Source: Candidatus Saccharimonadia bacterium
GTDB taxonomy: Bacteria; Patescibacteriota; Saccharimonadia; Saccharimonadales; 2-12-FULL-41-12
Direction of reading: 5' to 3'
Assembly (NCBI GenBank): GCA_963717365.1
Contig: OY970327.1
Span: 1,119,752-1,183,751 of the forward strand
Length of the DNA: 64,000 bases
The translations under genes were made by a program, and so were the position numbers. Shown here piece by piece: positions 9,644 through 19,504 of the stretch (position 1 is the stretch's first letter; every line of letters begins with the position of its first letter). Under the pieces are notes generated by a model. That model was not told the origin of the DNA, did not search any database, and saw only the letters and a program-made list of their open reading frames with translations.

Positions 9644-10165
9644 ATGTCTTTAATTTTTATAACTGGCATATCAACTTCGGGAAAATCTACCATAGCAAAA
9701 GAGTTGTCCAGAAGAGGCTATGAAGCTTATGACACCGAACACAACGGGATCAGTGCCTGGTACAACATAAGGTCAGGCAAAATAGCTGCTGGCTTTAATG
9801 AAGTCACAGACCGCTCCAAAGAATGGCTTGATCAGCATGAATGGCTGATATCTGTTGATCAAGTGTCTAGATTTAAAGAAAACGCGCAGAACAAACCAGT
9901 GTTCTTATGCGGCGGCTCTGCTAATGACGAGATTATACGCGACATGTGTTCAGCCGTAGTATGGCTCAAAACAAATGAAGAGACTATTCGCAGACGAGTA
10001 CGTAATCCAAGAGATCATGACTACGGAACAAGACCACATGAGCTTGCCTTGGCAATTGCCAGCAATAAAACAAAAGAAGCTGAATACCGGCGCTACGGTG
10101 CCATAATGATTGACGCGACCAAGCCGATAGAAACAGTAGCTGAATCGATATTGACTACGTTCTAA
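9644..10165 (+). CDS. P-loop NTPase, small-molecule/nucleoside kinase-like (paralog of 5400..5930)
   Basis: Walker A GISTSGKST. Collinear motif similarity to 5400..5930. Confidence 0.7.
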   Translation: MSLIFITGISTSGKSTIAKELSRRGYEAYDTEHNGISAWYNIRSGKIAAGFNEVTDRSKEWLDQHEWLISVDQVSRFKENAQNKPVFLCGGSANDEIIRDMCSAVVWLKTNEETIRRRVRNPRDHDYGTRPHELALAIASNKTKEAEYRRYGAIMIDATKPIETVAESILTTF

Positions 10166-10203
10166 CTTAGCAAATACGTCAACTCTTTTGTTACTATTAA
10201 CCA

Positions 10204-10488
10204 ATGCCTAAATTCCAAATAGATTCCACTTACAAAAAACGCATCGAATACTTTGCTTTAGTGGCCGGAATAATTCAGCCGCTTATTACGTTGCCGCAGA
10301 TCATTGCCATATACTCCAACCAAAGCGCTAAAGATGTTTCGCTGTTAACCTGGGTGGGTTATTTAGTTTTTGGAATTACCTTTTTAATTTATGGGCTTGT
10401 CTTTCAGTTGAAACCAATTTGGGCGGGACAAATTATATGGGTGACAATGCAGACCATAGTTGTTATTGGAATACTCCTCTATAGATAA
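10204..10488 (+). CDS. SemiSWEET / PQ-loop family transporter
   Basis: 94 aa with three predicted TM helices and a PQ motif in TM1 (ITLPQIIAIY), followed by S..W. The size and pattern match bacterial SemiSWEETs. Confidence 0.65.
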   Translation: MPKFQIDSTYKKRIEYFALVAGIIQPLITLPQIIAIYSNQSAKDVSLLTWVGYLVFGITFLIYGLVFQLKPIWAGQIIWVTMQTIVVIGILLYR

Positions 10489-10507
10489 GTTCTGATATAG
10501 TTGGTCT

Positions 10508-11440
10508 ATGCCAAACGAAATCACCATTAGTGATATTCAGTCTATATTAAAGCTTGCAGGTACCGCAGGCTTCAGTGGAGATTTTCAAGCTCTTGGCGGC
10601 GGAGAGGTAAACGATACCTATTTGTTGAATTGTGGTGATCGTAAATTGATCTTACGTGTAGCACGTTATGAAGATCAGAATACTTTGCCGGATGAAGCCT
10701 ATGCGCTCAGTTTACTTGATTCTTCACGTATTCCAAAACTTATATATTTTGATAAGCAGCAGAGGATTAATGGCAGACAATGGATTTTGGAAAGCTATGT
10801 TAGTGGAGCGATTAAAGAACGACTAACCATAGAGCAGTTTAGCAATCTAGGCAAACTACTTGCAGAAGTACATCGAGTTCAATCAGACCATAAGCTTCTG
10901 GGTTTGTGGGATCAACTGCTAGATAATTGTAGAAGTTTTGGCAACGAAGCAAAACTATTGAATCATCCAGATCCGGTGATGCGTAAAATTATAATTGAAA
11001 GTAAGCAATTATTTCAGGAGCAGCAAAAAAACTATAATGCTATAACCCCAAGCTTAACTCATTCTGACGCTACGCCCAGCAATATATTAGTTGATGGTAA
11101 TAAGGTTGGGCTGATTGACTGGGAGTTTGCCAAATACACCGATCCAATGGCCGAATTTTCTACGATTTATTATGAAGATATGGAGTATAACCAAGGAAAG
11201 TGGCGTATACAAATACGAGGTGATGAGAAAGCTGCTTTGTTTAGTGGCTATGAGCTTGCTGGCGGGCAAATTGATGAAGATAGAATTAGGCTTTGGACGT
11301 ATCTCGATAAGCTAGGAGCGGCTATATTCTTATACTGGCGTATACATGAGTCCTCACGTGCTGCTAGGGAAGATCAAATTGTACAATACCGACTTGACCT
11401 AGAGAATTTGATCTTGTCACTTTCCAAAAGTTACTTATAA
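10508..11440 (+). CDS. aminoglycoside phosphotransferase / choline-kinase family kinase
   Basis: Catalytic loop LTHSDATPSNILV and metal-binding LIDWEF. Gly-rich N-lobe. Confidence 0.8.
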   Translation: MPNEITISDIQSILKLAGTAGFSGDFQALGGGEVNDTYLLNCGDRKLILRVARYEDQNTLPDEAYALSLLDSSRIPKLIYFDKQQRINGRQWILESYVSGAIKERLTIEQFSNLGKLLAEVHRVQSDHKLLGLWDQLLDNCRSFGNEAKLLNHPDPVMRKIIIESKQLFQEQQKNYNAITPSLTHSDATPSNILVDGNKVGLIDWEFAKYTDPMAEFSTIYYEDMEYNQGKWRIQIRGDEKAALFSGYELAGGQIDEDRIRLWTYLDKLGAAIFLYWRIHESSRAAREDQIVQYRLDLENLILSLSKSYL

Positions 11441-11493
11441 AATACCCGAAAATTCCTTAGTTAATACTAGCTTCGTACTGGTACTATTCTAAT

Positions 11494-11880
11494 ATGGGAT
11501 TACTTAGTAAACTTGCGTCACTATTTACCTACACATCAGGTGAGCCTGGCTACGATATTACTGTCGCTCAACAGTTTGTCTACGAACGGCTACCGCCTGA
11601 AGTGCAAGCCAAGCTGACGGTATCAGATATATCTTTGCTCATCGCAGGTGTATTTGACTGGCTGGATAGTCAAGCTAGCCTTAAGTCAGACTTTAAAACG
11701 TATGGTCTTCAGCAATATCTTTTTGGAATTGTTTCAGGGCACGTTTCAACCATGCTAAAAGGCGAGGAACTCGAACAATTCAAGCAAGCGATAAGAAAGC
11801 TTACCAGTCAAGAACTGGACGATTTTATTATGATTGAGAAGGAATATGCAATTCAAAACGGGACTAGCCGACCGTCTTAA
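11494..11880 (+). CDS. hypothetical protein
   Basis: 128-aa ORF. No motif recognised. Confidence 0.5.
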   Translation: MGLLSKLASLFTYTSGEPGYDITVAQQFVYERLPPEVQAKLTVSDISLLIAGVFDWLDSQASLKSDFKTYGLQQYLFGIVSGHVSTMLKGEELEQFKQAIRKLTSQELDDFIMIEKEYAIQNGTSRPS

Positions 11881-12010
11881 TTAGCAAGCGGCATGGAAGG
11901 GGAGCTAAGGAAAGTTTTGAAAGGCTAGCTGAATTAGTAGAAAAATAATACAATGGCTCTGTAGCAAAAATTAGTTTATAATTACTTGTTAGACATGACA
12001 GGAGCTAGAC

Positions 12011-12571
12011 GTGATTAATGCCGCAGACGTACGTGAGTTATCGGAAAAACTACGAGTCTATGATGTGGTTCAAGGAGGTTGGGAGCAGGAACCAAATGGA
12101 TACGAAGAAAATGTTAACCATGTCTTACTCCATCTGGTAAAAGATAGTACAGCAAAGGACTTTACTGATCCTACACTGCTACGAACCGCAATCGCGCCAG
12201 ATGCACTGCAGTACGCTATCAGGTTAGGACGTTGGTCGAACCAAGATGCGGTTGACTTAATGCCAACCGAAACAACTCGGCAAAGAATTAGGGAATTAGC
12301 TCCACGTTTTGGATTAATCCCGGTGCATCAACTGGCTCATCTTCAAGCTTCGACCACTTTAGCGCATAATTTGCATGGACTTGACCACAAAAATGATGCC
12401 GAACAGGCTGCAGCTGAAACAATTGAAACGGCGAGAATGGCTGCCGGGTTCTTGCTGTACGCGGCCAACCTGCAAGCGACCCAATATAAGTTTGACTTAA
12501 AAGAAACGTTTGACGCCCGGCTTCTAACGCTTAGGCAAAAATTTAATATTCCTGAACCTGAGTTTTCATAA
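12011..12571 (+). CDS. hypothetical protein (all-helical by composition)
   Basis: 186-aa ORF with a GTG start preceded by GGAG. No motif recognised. Confidence 0.5.
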   Translation: MINAADVRELSEKLRVYDVVQGGWEQEPNGYEENVNHVLLHLVKDSTAKDFTDPTLLRTAIAPDALQYAIRLGRWSNQDAVDLMPTETTRQRIRELAPRFGLIPVHQLAHLQASTTLAHNLHGLDHKNDAEQAAAETIETARMAAGFLLYAANLQATQYKFDLKETFDARLLTLRQKFNIPEPEFS

Positions 12572-12760
12572 GAGACCTTTGGCTGTAACTCCATACATTT
12601 CTGATTTCGCTCATGCTTGGGAATTTTGGCACTTCCAAACTCTAGGATAAATATTGGCGGCATGCGACTTGACCAAGTTGAGCGGGTCGGATCAACGATA
12701 ATGAAAGCCCTGAAAAATATATAGTCATTGCGAATAGTCTTTTATTGCTATGATACTATT

Positions 12761-13369
12761 ATGTCTAAAAAAATAATTCTCATTGGTGGCACGCCGACAG
12801 TCGGCAAGTCGACGATTGCCCAAGCGGTAGCCGAAAAATTGTCTATCCCCTGGATTTCGACTGATCAAATACGCGAAATCATGCGGACTATTGCCGACAG
12901 AAAGACTCACTCAAAATTATTTACTCCAGAAGCTTATACTGCCGAAAAATTCCTGACTGAATTCTCTGCCGAAGAGATTGTGCGTATGGAGTATGAACAG
13001 GGTGAAGTTACCTGGCTGGGGATAAGAAACTTAATTAAAAATGATTATGACTGGCAGAACGGCTTTGTGATAGAAGGCGTAAATATATTACCTCATCTTG
13101 TGGCACAGGACTTTAAAGATGACAAAAATATTAAAGCTGTATTTCTGGGAGATGAGGACATGGATCGAATGCGAACCGTGGTTTACCAGCGAGGGCTGTG
13201 GGGTGCGGCTAAAACCTACTCGGATAACGTTAAAGAAAAAGAAGTAGAATGGGCTCATATGTTCAGCCAAAAACTTAAAGCTGAAGTAAAAAAATATAAC
13301 TATCCCTGGATTACTATACAAAAAAATTCGGGCGATTTAGAAAAAGTACTACTCGCTTTAAAAGATTAA
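12761..13369 (+). CDS. P-loop ATPase, 2-phosphoglycerate kinase-like
   Basis: ORF-track 12728..13369, with the ATG at 12761. ILIGGTPTVGKSTIAQAVAEKLSIPWISTDQIRE resembles 2-PGK-type kinases. Confidence 0.6.
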   Translation: MSKKIILIGGTPTVGKSTIAQAVAEKLSIPWISTDQIREIMRTIADRKTHSKLFTPEAYTAEKFLTEFSAEEIVRMEYEQGEVTWLGIRNLIKNDYDWQNGFVIEGVNILPHLVAQDFKDDKNIKAVFLGDEDMDRMRTVVYQRGLWGAAKTYSDNVKEKEVEWAHMFSQKLKAEVKKYNYPWITIQKNSGDLEKVLLALKD

Positions 13370-13441
13370 TAATTCCCTGCTACATTAGTTATTGTATATT
13401 ATACACTTGCTAAGTTTTAACAGATCGAATACTATTAAATC

Positions 13442-14083
13442 ATGACACAGGCACCAGAAGTTGAAGCATACTTTATCCGCCATGCTGAATCGGAGGGTAA
13501 TAAACATTTGGCGCATTTGATTGGTGGACGCAGTAACCACCTAGCATTAACTGATACTGGAGTAAGCCAGGCACGAACATTTGCCCGGCATATGAGAGAC
13601 TTGGATATACTACCTGCTTGCATTCTGACCTCTCCAGCAGTACGTGCAAAGGACACCGCAATGGTTGTTTTGGATGAAATGGGCATAAGCAGACAGCCAT
13701 TGTTTGATGATGACTTACAAGAAATACATCAGGGAGATTGGGAAGGTCAGCCAAGAGTAGATGTTTATACCGAAGCCATAGGAGCTGAAAGGCAAAAACT
13801 AGGAAAAGACTTTAAAGCGCCTAACGGCGAATCTACCAACGAGATAGGTATACGGATGCTTTGCAGTCTCGATAGAAATTTTGCACAAACTATTCCCCAT
13901 CCCCATCCGTTGCGAGCTTTTATTTTTAGTCATGGCTACGCTATTAGAAGTCTGGCGTCATATCTGGAAGGTTGGACCCAAACCCAAACCTATCAAAAGG
14001 TGACAGAGAATTGCTCATACAGTCTTTTCACTCGAACAAACGGCAAATGGGCGCTTGAATACCTAGGTAAAACTGCCGAATAA
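13442..14083 (+). CDS. histidine phosphatase (phosphoglycerate mutase-like) family protein
   Basis: RHAESEGN catalytic RHG-type motif near the N-terminus. C-terminal SHG. Confidence 0.8.
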   Translation: MTQAPEVEAYFIRHAESEGNKHLAHLIGGRSNHLALTDTGVSQARTFARHMRDLDILPACILTSPAVRAKDTAMVVLDEMGISRQPLFDDDLQEIHQGDWEGQPRVDVYTEAIGAERQKLGKDFKAPNGESTNEIGIRMLCSLDRNFAQTIPHPHPLRAFIFSHGYAIRSLASYLEGWTQTQTYQKVTENCSYSLFTRTNGKWALEYLGKTAE

Positions 14084-14100
14084 GGTATTATAGATACTCG

Positions 14101-14799
14101 ATGAGTAACAATAATGATGCTATACCAACTCACCTTGGTTTAATTTTGGACGGCAACCGCCGGTGGGCGCGGGAGCACGGCAAGACTATTGCCGAGGGGC
14201 ATCGTCAAGGCTATAGAAATCTTAAGACAATTTGCAAAGCTGCCCTTAAACACGGAGTTCGCTATGTATCGGCATACGCATTCTCAACCGAGAATTGGAA
14301 TCGGGATCAGCAAGAAGTTCGCGATCTAATGAATTTCCTTCGCTGGGTTTTAAAACATGAAGTAAAAGAGTTTCAGAAAGAGAACATTCGGTTGCGGGTC
14401 ATTGGTTCAAAAGCTAAGCTCGGCGCAGCGCTATTGACCGCTATTCACGACGCGGAAAAGCTGACAGAAAATAATACACGCGGCACGCTTTTAGTGTGTC
14501 TAGATTATGGCGGCCAGCAAGAAATTGTTGACGCGGTAAAAAAGATTACCGCTGCCGGCACAAAGCCAGAAGACGTCACTGTTGAAATGATTGAGCAGAA
14601 TTTGTACGCCGGCGATGTGCCACCGATTGACCTAATTATCCGAACATCAGGCGCTCAGCGGATGAGTAATTTTATGACCTGGGAATCGGTCTACAGCGAA
14701 CTAATGTTCAGTCAGAAAAATTGGCCGGAATTTAATGAAGAAGACCTCGATAACGCTATTAAAGAATATGGCCGTTTGCAGCGCACATTCGGCACATAA
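14101..14799 (+). CDS. uppS: isoprenyl transferase (undecaprenyl-diphosphate synthase type)
   Basis: HLGLILDGNRRWA, AYAFSTENW and IRTSGAQRMSNFMTWES are cis-prenyltransferase signatures. Confidence 0.9.
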   Translation: MSNNNDAIPTHLGLILDGNRRWAREHGKTIAEGHRQGYRNLKTICKAALKHGVRYVSAYAFSTENWNRDQQEVRDLMNFLRWVLKHEVKEFQKENIRLRVIGSKAKLGAALLTAIHDAEKLTENNTRGTLLVCLDYGGQQEIVDAVKKITAAGTKPEDVTVEMIEQNLYAGDVPPIDLIIRTSGAQRMSNFMTWESVYSELMFSQKNWPEFNEEDLDNAIKEYGRLQRTFGT

Positions 14800-14850
14800 G
14801 TTTACTGCTATTGCTTGCTTAATTAGGTATTGCTGTGCATAATTTTTATT

Positions 14851-15099
14851 ATGAAACACAATACAGCTTCACCAGATCAATTTGAAATCGTTCAGGAAGA
14901 ATCATTTTCTGATCGACGTTGGAATATATTAGGACGTTTAGGCGTTTTAGCGGTTGTTACTGGCATTGCTACAATAGGAGTCTGTTTTGATAATGGCGTG
15001 ACTGATCCAGCAGTATTAGCTGGAGCATTCATTGCTACAGAGAGTGGCGCAGCTGCAGCCCTCGCCGCAGTGGTAGGCAAACAAATACCAATAAACTAG
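14851..15099 (+). CDS. small membrane protein
   Basis: ORF-track 14830..15099 (TTG), with the ATG at 14851. Gly/Ala-rich hydrophobic segments. Confidence 0.4.
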   Translation: MKHNTASPDQFEIVQEESFSDRRWNILGRLGVLAVVTGIATIGVCFDNGVTDPAVLAGAFIATESGAAAALAAVVGKQIPIN

Positions 15100-15108
15100 A
15101 ATTACTCT

Positions 15109-15804
15109 ATGCCGAATCTTGAATTTTCTGGAGAACAACAACCTAATCGGGCAGTACTATACATGCCCGCACCACTTGACCCTTTGCAAAACAGATTGTT
15201 TGAAGGAGCTTACCGGGAAAGCGGTATTGCAGCGTGGGCTAAAAAACGCGAAACTAGGCATGAAACAATTAAACCGCGGCGGCTATATGTCAGCGACGAC
15301 GGCCAGCATAATATCGCCTGGGTTGAACACACTGGTCATAGCCAAGCCAGCGAGGAATCATCAATAAAGAGGTATACAGTGCATCATGTGGTCTGCGACT
15401 GCGCTGCTGACGCAGGAACGCTTTCGGGCCATCCTGAAGCCGTGTTAGCATGCGATTACGTACAAGATGTTCTCACCCAGAGAGCAGATGAAATCAGTAA
15501 AGAGCAACGGGTCGGCGAAATACTCAGCAGTATGTATTATCTGGATGAAGATACAATGGATTTCAAGCTAAGTCTGCTTGGCCAAGAAATGGCGTTAAGA
15601 GCGATTGTCCACGTGCTTGAAACAGATAAAAGACACCCTGAGCAATGGATGGCCAACAGAATCACCGGGTTACACGATATTGATTTATTAGCTACGATTG
15701 TCCGACAAGACACGAGTACGGTAATGCCGCTTCTAGAAACTATGGAAGAGGGCGGACTTGTTACTATCCGTAAGGATAAAGTGAAATTGGATCCGAACGT
15801 ATAA
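15109..15804 (+). CDS. hypothetical protein, possible C-terminal winged-helix
   Basis: 231-aa ORF. The C-terminal segment (LLETMEEGGLVTIRKDKVKL) looks wHTH-like. Weak evidence. Confidence 0.5.
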   Translation: MPNLEFSGEQQPNRAVLYMPAPLDPLQNRLFEGAYRESGIAAWAKKRETRHETIKPRRLYVSDDGQHNIAWVEHTGHSQASEESSIKRYTVHHVVCDCAADAGTLSGHPEAVLACDYVQDVLTQRADEISKEQRVGEILSSMYYLDEDTMDFKLSLLGQEMALRAIVHVLETDKRHPEQWMANRITGLHDIDLLATIVRQDTSTVMPLLETMEEGGLVTIRKDKVKLDPNV

Positions 15805-16026
15805 CTACCCCAAAATTGGCTATAGATAAATAATTAACAGTTAATAACCAGGTGTAACTATATAATTGTAGTGGTTAACAAAAAGAAAGTTACTTTCATA
15901 TGCCATTAAAGCTAGACCAGTCAGGTAGGGCCCATTTTAAGTTTTACCTGTGGCCAAGTATTATTTTGACTATTTTAGTGACAATCGTTTTGAATATTAT
16001 CTTTTGAACATCCGAAGGAATAAACT

Positions 16027-16560
16027 ATGGAGAATAAATCTATGACCAATAAAATAATTATGATTGTCGCGGCGATACTACTTGCCTTAGGTGCCGGCTA
16101 TTTTATTAGCCAGCAATCGGACAACAATGAGCCACTTACAAAGCCGCCAACCCAGAATGAAAAAGAAAATACATCCAGCCCAACAGGTGAACGAGAAACG
16201 CTTGATCTGACGGGGCAACAACTGACAGCTTTACCGGAGTCGGCTTTCAGCAATCCAGATGTAACTACGCTCAATCTGTCTAATAACCAGCTAACCAGTT
16301 TACCCGCCGATATTGCCAAATTAAGTAATCTTGAGATATTGAATGTAGAAAATAATCGTTTGGAATCATTACCGCCAGAGATTAGCCAATTAACAAAGCT
16401 GCGGGAAATAAAGGCCAATAATAATCGTATGACCAGTCTTCCAGGCGAAATAGGCGCGATGACACAGCTCAAAATTTTAGACGTTTCTGGTAACAGCATA
16501 CCGACTAGCCAAATAGAGGAATTAAAAGCACAGCTTAGTAATACCGAAATAAAAAACTAG
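16027..16560 (+). CDS. membrane-anchored leucine-rich repeat (LRR) protein
   Basis: N-terminal TM helix, then at least 5 tandem ~23-aa LRRs (L.L..N.L.SLP.EI..L..L). Confidence 0.85.
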   Translation: MENKSMTNKIIMIVAAILLALGAGYFISQQSDNNEPLTKPPTQNEKENTSSPTGERETLDLTGQQLTALPESAFSNPDVTTLNLSNNQLTSLPADIAKLSNLEILNVENNRLESLPPEISQLTKLREIKANNNRMTSLPGEIGAMTQLKILDVSGNSIPTSQIEELKAQLSNTEIKN

Positions 16561-16630
16561 TGAGATAGTTCACGCCGGCTGTTAGCCTTCTTCTGATACA
16601 GTACAACTAAATAATCCTAAGGAGTAGACC

Positions 16631-17263
16631 GTGAATCCTGACAATGACCGTAGTTATATGCGCGTAAAAAAAGTAACAGTGGCAGTTATCATTTTAATTC
16701 TGGCAGCCGGCTTGTTTGGCTGGTGGCTGGGAAATTCAAATGATGCTCCTGCTAACAACTCTGCTAATAATCAAACAAGTAATACATCTCCACCAACCAA
16801 TAACAAAGATTCTCCTACTACCAATAATGATGCTGGTTTAGAGGTTAAATCACTTGTAAGTTATACGCTTCCAGATGGCTGGAAAGAGGGTTCGTGTGCG
16901 TCAACTGGTGGTCCAGTTTATATCGTGCCAAATGGAGCAGGAAACGTGGACTGCGACGCTAATCCAAGTTCCCCTGTCAAGATATCAATGGATCCGGCCA
17001 ATAATAAAGACTGTAATCAGCTGCAGAGCGTTCAGAATGTCTCTAAACACATCTGTGTTTCAGAGTTCATTAATAGTCGTAAAAGCTTAAAGGCTGAAAC
17101 AATCTACAATAAGGATTCATCCTATAAAAAAGAGACGGCCATTAACGCTTATTATATTGATACGGGCAAAGGTGTTGTCAAAGTAGAATATACGCACGAT
17201 CCGGGCAATAATGAATATCAAGCCGGCTTTGAACAGCTAGCAAAGAGCGTCCAGGTTAAATAG
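16631..17263 (+). CDS. membrane-anchored secreted protein, unknown function
   Basis: GTG start after GGAG. N-terminal TM helix, Asn/Ser/Thr-rich linker and a Cys-containing globular part. Confidence 0.55.
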   Translation: MNPDNDRSYMRVKKVTVAVIILILAAGLFGWWLGNSNDAPANNSANNQTSNTSPPTNNKDSPTTNNDAGLEVKSLVSYTLPDGWKEGSCASTGGPVYIVPNGAGNVDCDANPSSPVKISMDPANNKDCNQLQSVQNVSKHICVSEFINSRKSLKAETIYNKDSSYKKETAINAYYIDTGKGVVKVEYTHDPGNNEYQAGFEQLAKSVQVK

Positions 17264-17304
17264 CAAGCAAGCCACACCTAACTGCTAGTGGTAAGATATA
17301 AGTA

Positions 17305-19275
17305 ATGTCTGCCAAAACTGTGAAAAAACTTCGTAAAAGATTTAGGAAACAATCAAAAGCTAGTCCTCCGATTGTAAAGGTCCCTGTGCATGGGCGGGCA
17401 ATAATTTTTAGCGTACTTATTTTAGCGGTAACACTGGCAGCTGGCAGTTTATACTACAGCTATCACACCAATAAACTACCGCCGCCACTTCCACCGCCGC
17501 CAGCTGACGCATTATATAAACAGGCTGATCAACCAATAGATAAGCGTGTAGAGGACTTGCTGTCCCGCATGACACTTGAAGAAAAAATTGGCCAAATGGG
17601 GATGGTTGATAAAAACAGTATCAAAAAACCAGCCGATATTTCGCGTTACGGGCTGGGTGCGGTACTGAGCGGTGCGGGTGCCAAGCCGCAGGACAACACA
17701 CCAGCTGGCTGGCTGAATATGGTTGAAACTTTAAAGATACAAGCCGAACATTCACGCCTGGGGATTCCTTTGCTATATGGAGTCGATGCTACTCATGGTC
17801 ATGCTGGTGTGCCAGGTGCCACGGTTTTCCCGCATGCTATTGGATTGGGAGCCAGCGGTAACCCGGAACTGGTGCGCTCAGTGGCCTCTGCTACTGCTGA
17901 AGAGTTAGCTGCCACCGGCATAAACTGGAATTTCGCACCCATGCTGGACGCGCCGGAAGATATTCGCTGGGGCAGAACCTACGAAGCATTTTCTAGTGAT
18001 CCAGAGTTGAACGGCCGGCTCGGAGCAGCCTATATAGAAGGCATACAAAAACCAGTTAACAATCGTCCGTTTGTGTTAGCCAGTGCCAAGCACTTTATGG
18101 GTGTTGGTTCAATGGAGTGGCTTAGCTCTAATAATAAGAACTTTAAAATTGACCAGGGTACAACTCCGGGACGCTACGACTTGCTCGATAACAACTATCT
18201 GATACCATATGCAGCAGCCGCAAAAGCCGATGTTAGCAGTGTGATGGTAGGACTTAACTACTTTGGCGACAAACGAGTTATTGATAATAAATATCTGCTT
18301 ACCGATAAACTAAAAAATGAATTAGATTTTAAAGGATTTATTGTATCTGATTGGTATGGCGCCTACGAATTTTCCCGCACCTCATCTTACAAAGCCAATA
18401 TTACTACCATAAACGCTGGGCTTGATATGGCCATGCTTCCGTATGATTACAAAGACTTTATAAAAGACGTACGCCGTGCGGTTAATAAGAATGAAATTCC
18501 CCAGGAGCGCATTGATGATGCGGTTCGCCGCATACTGTATCAAAAATTTAAGGCCGGTTTGTTTGATGACAGCAGCTCTACGGTCACTTTTGAAGCGTTT
18601 GGCTCTGCCGCTAACCGCCAGCTAGCCCGCCGTGCTGTTGCTTCTTCTGCGGTTTTGCTAAAAAATAATAACGCCTTGCCGCTTTCTAAGAACTTGGGCC
18701 ATATTTTGGTTGCTGGTAGTGGTGCCGATAATATTGGCCGCCAATCCGGCGCCTGGACGGTTGAGTGGCAAGGTATAGATGGTAATTGGCTGATTGGCGG
18801 AACCTCTATATTGAGCGGTATCAAGCAGACAGCCGGTTTAACTAGCCACGTAGAATACGACAAAGAAGCAAACTTTGAAAACCTGACTACCAAGGCAGAA
18901 ATTGGTATCGCGGTAATTAGCGAAAAACCCTACGCCGAAGGCTGGGGTGATAACGCCAAACCGGTTTTAGAAGAAAATGATTTGCTGGCAATTGAACGTC
19001 TCAAAGCCGTTGCCAATAAAGTGATAATCGTAACGGTAACAGGACGCCCGCTATTCATGAATGATCAAATTGCCGCCGCCGATGCCGTAGTGGCTGCCTG
19101 GCTTCCGGGTAGTGAAGGGCAAGGCGTAGCCGACGTGTTGTTTGGCGACCAAGCTTTCACTGGCAGTTTGCCGCTAGCCTGGCCTGCAAGCATTGAACAA
19201 TTGCCAATTAGATCTGATGGCACTACGGCAGACGGCAAACCACCATTATTTGAACGCGGTTTTAGACTACTATAA
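17305..19275 (+). CDS. glycoside hydrolase family 3 (beta-glucosidase/beta-hexosaminidase-like), N-terminally anchored
   Basis: KHFMGVGS and GFIVSDW (nucleophile Asp region). Two-domain GH3 length, with an N-terminal TM helix. Confidence 0.9.
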   Translation: MSAKTVKKLRKRFRKQSKASPPIVKVPVHGRAIIFSVLILAVTLAAGSLYYSYHTNKLPPPLPPPPADALYKQADQPIDKRVEDLLSRMTLEEKIGQMGMVDKNSIKKPADISRYGLGAVLSGAGAKPQDNTPAGWLNMVETLKIQAEHSRLGIPLLYGVDATHGHAGVPGATVFPHAIGLGASGNPELVRSVASATAEELAATGINWNFAPMLDAPEDIRWGRTYEAFSSDPELNGRLGAAYIEGIQKPVNNRPFVLASAKHFMGVGSMEWLSSNNKNFKIDQGTTPGRYDLLDNNYLIPYAAAAKADVSSVMVGLNYFGDKRVIDNKYLLTDKLKNELDFKGFIVSDWYGAYEFSRTSSYKANITTINAGLDMAMLPYDYKDFIKDVRRAVNKNEIPQERIDDAVRRILYQKFKAGLFDDSSSTVTFEAFGSAANRQLARRAVASSAVLLKNNNALPLSKNLGHILVAGSGADNIGRQSGAWTVEWQGIDGNWLIGGTSILSGIKQTAGLTSHVEYDKEANFENLTTKAEIGIAVISEKPYAEGWGDNAKPVLEENDLLAIERLKAVANKVIIVTVTGRPLFMNDQIAAADAVVAAWLPGSEGQGVADVLFGDQAFTGSLPLAWPASIEQLPIRSDGTTADGKPPLFERGFRLL

Positions 19276-19297
19276 TAAGCCCTCTTGAGGTTTGTGC

Positions 19298-19326
19298 TTG
19301 ACAAATAAACATAAGTTTGATATAAT
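19298..19326 (+). promoter_or_regulatory. consensus sigma-70-type promoter upstream of rnj
   Basis: TTGACA (19298..19303), exact 17-nt spacer, TATAAT (19321..19326). Confidence 0.6.
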
Positions 19327-19504
19327 GGTAAGTAATTAAAGTTCCTCTTTAAATAAATTAGCGCTTTTACTCTCTTGAAAGCAGCGAAAAACTCTTTAAA
19401 TAAATTTTTATTAAAATCTGCCGTTTGCAACGGCTCAACCTAACTTTAATCAATAACAACAATTCGTAAGATTTTAAAAGTCTTACCTAAAACATAAGGA
19501 AATT

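Noticed and set aside
12343-12663. 106-aa minus-strand ORF spanning the 3' end of 12011..12571 and the following intergenic region.
   Set aside because: It overlaps a better-supported plus-strand gene, has no RBS and has low-complexity Ala/Ser composition. It is probably spurious. The 190-nt intergenic stretch 12572..12760 showed no tRNA-like or strong hairpin features either.
15119-15367. 82-aa ORF in an alternative frame of 15109..15804.
   Set aside because: It is nested in the longer ORF on the same strand and has no independent RBS.
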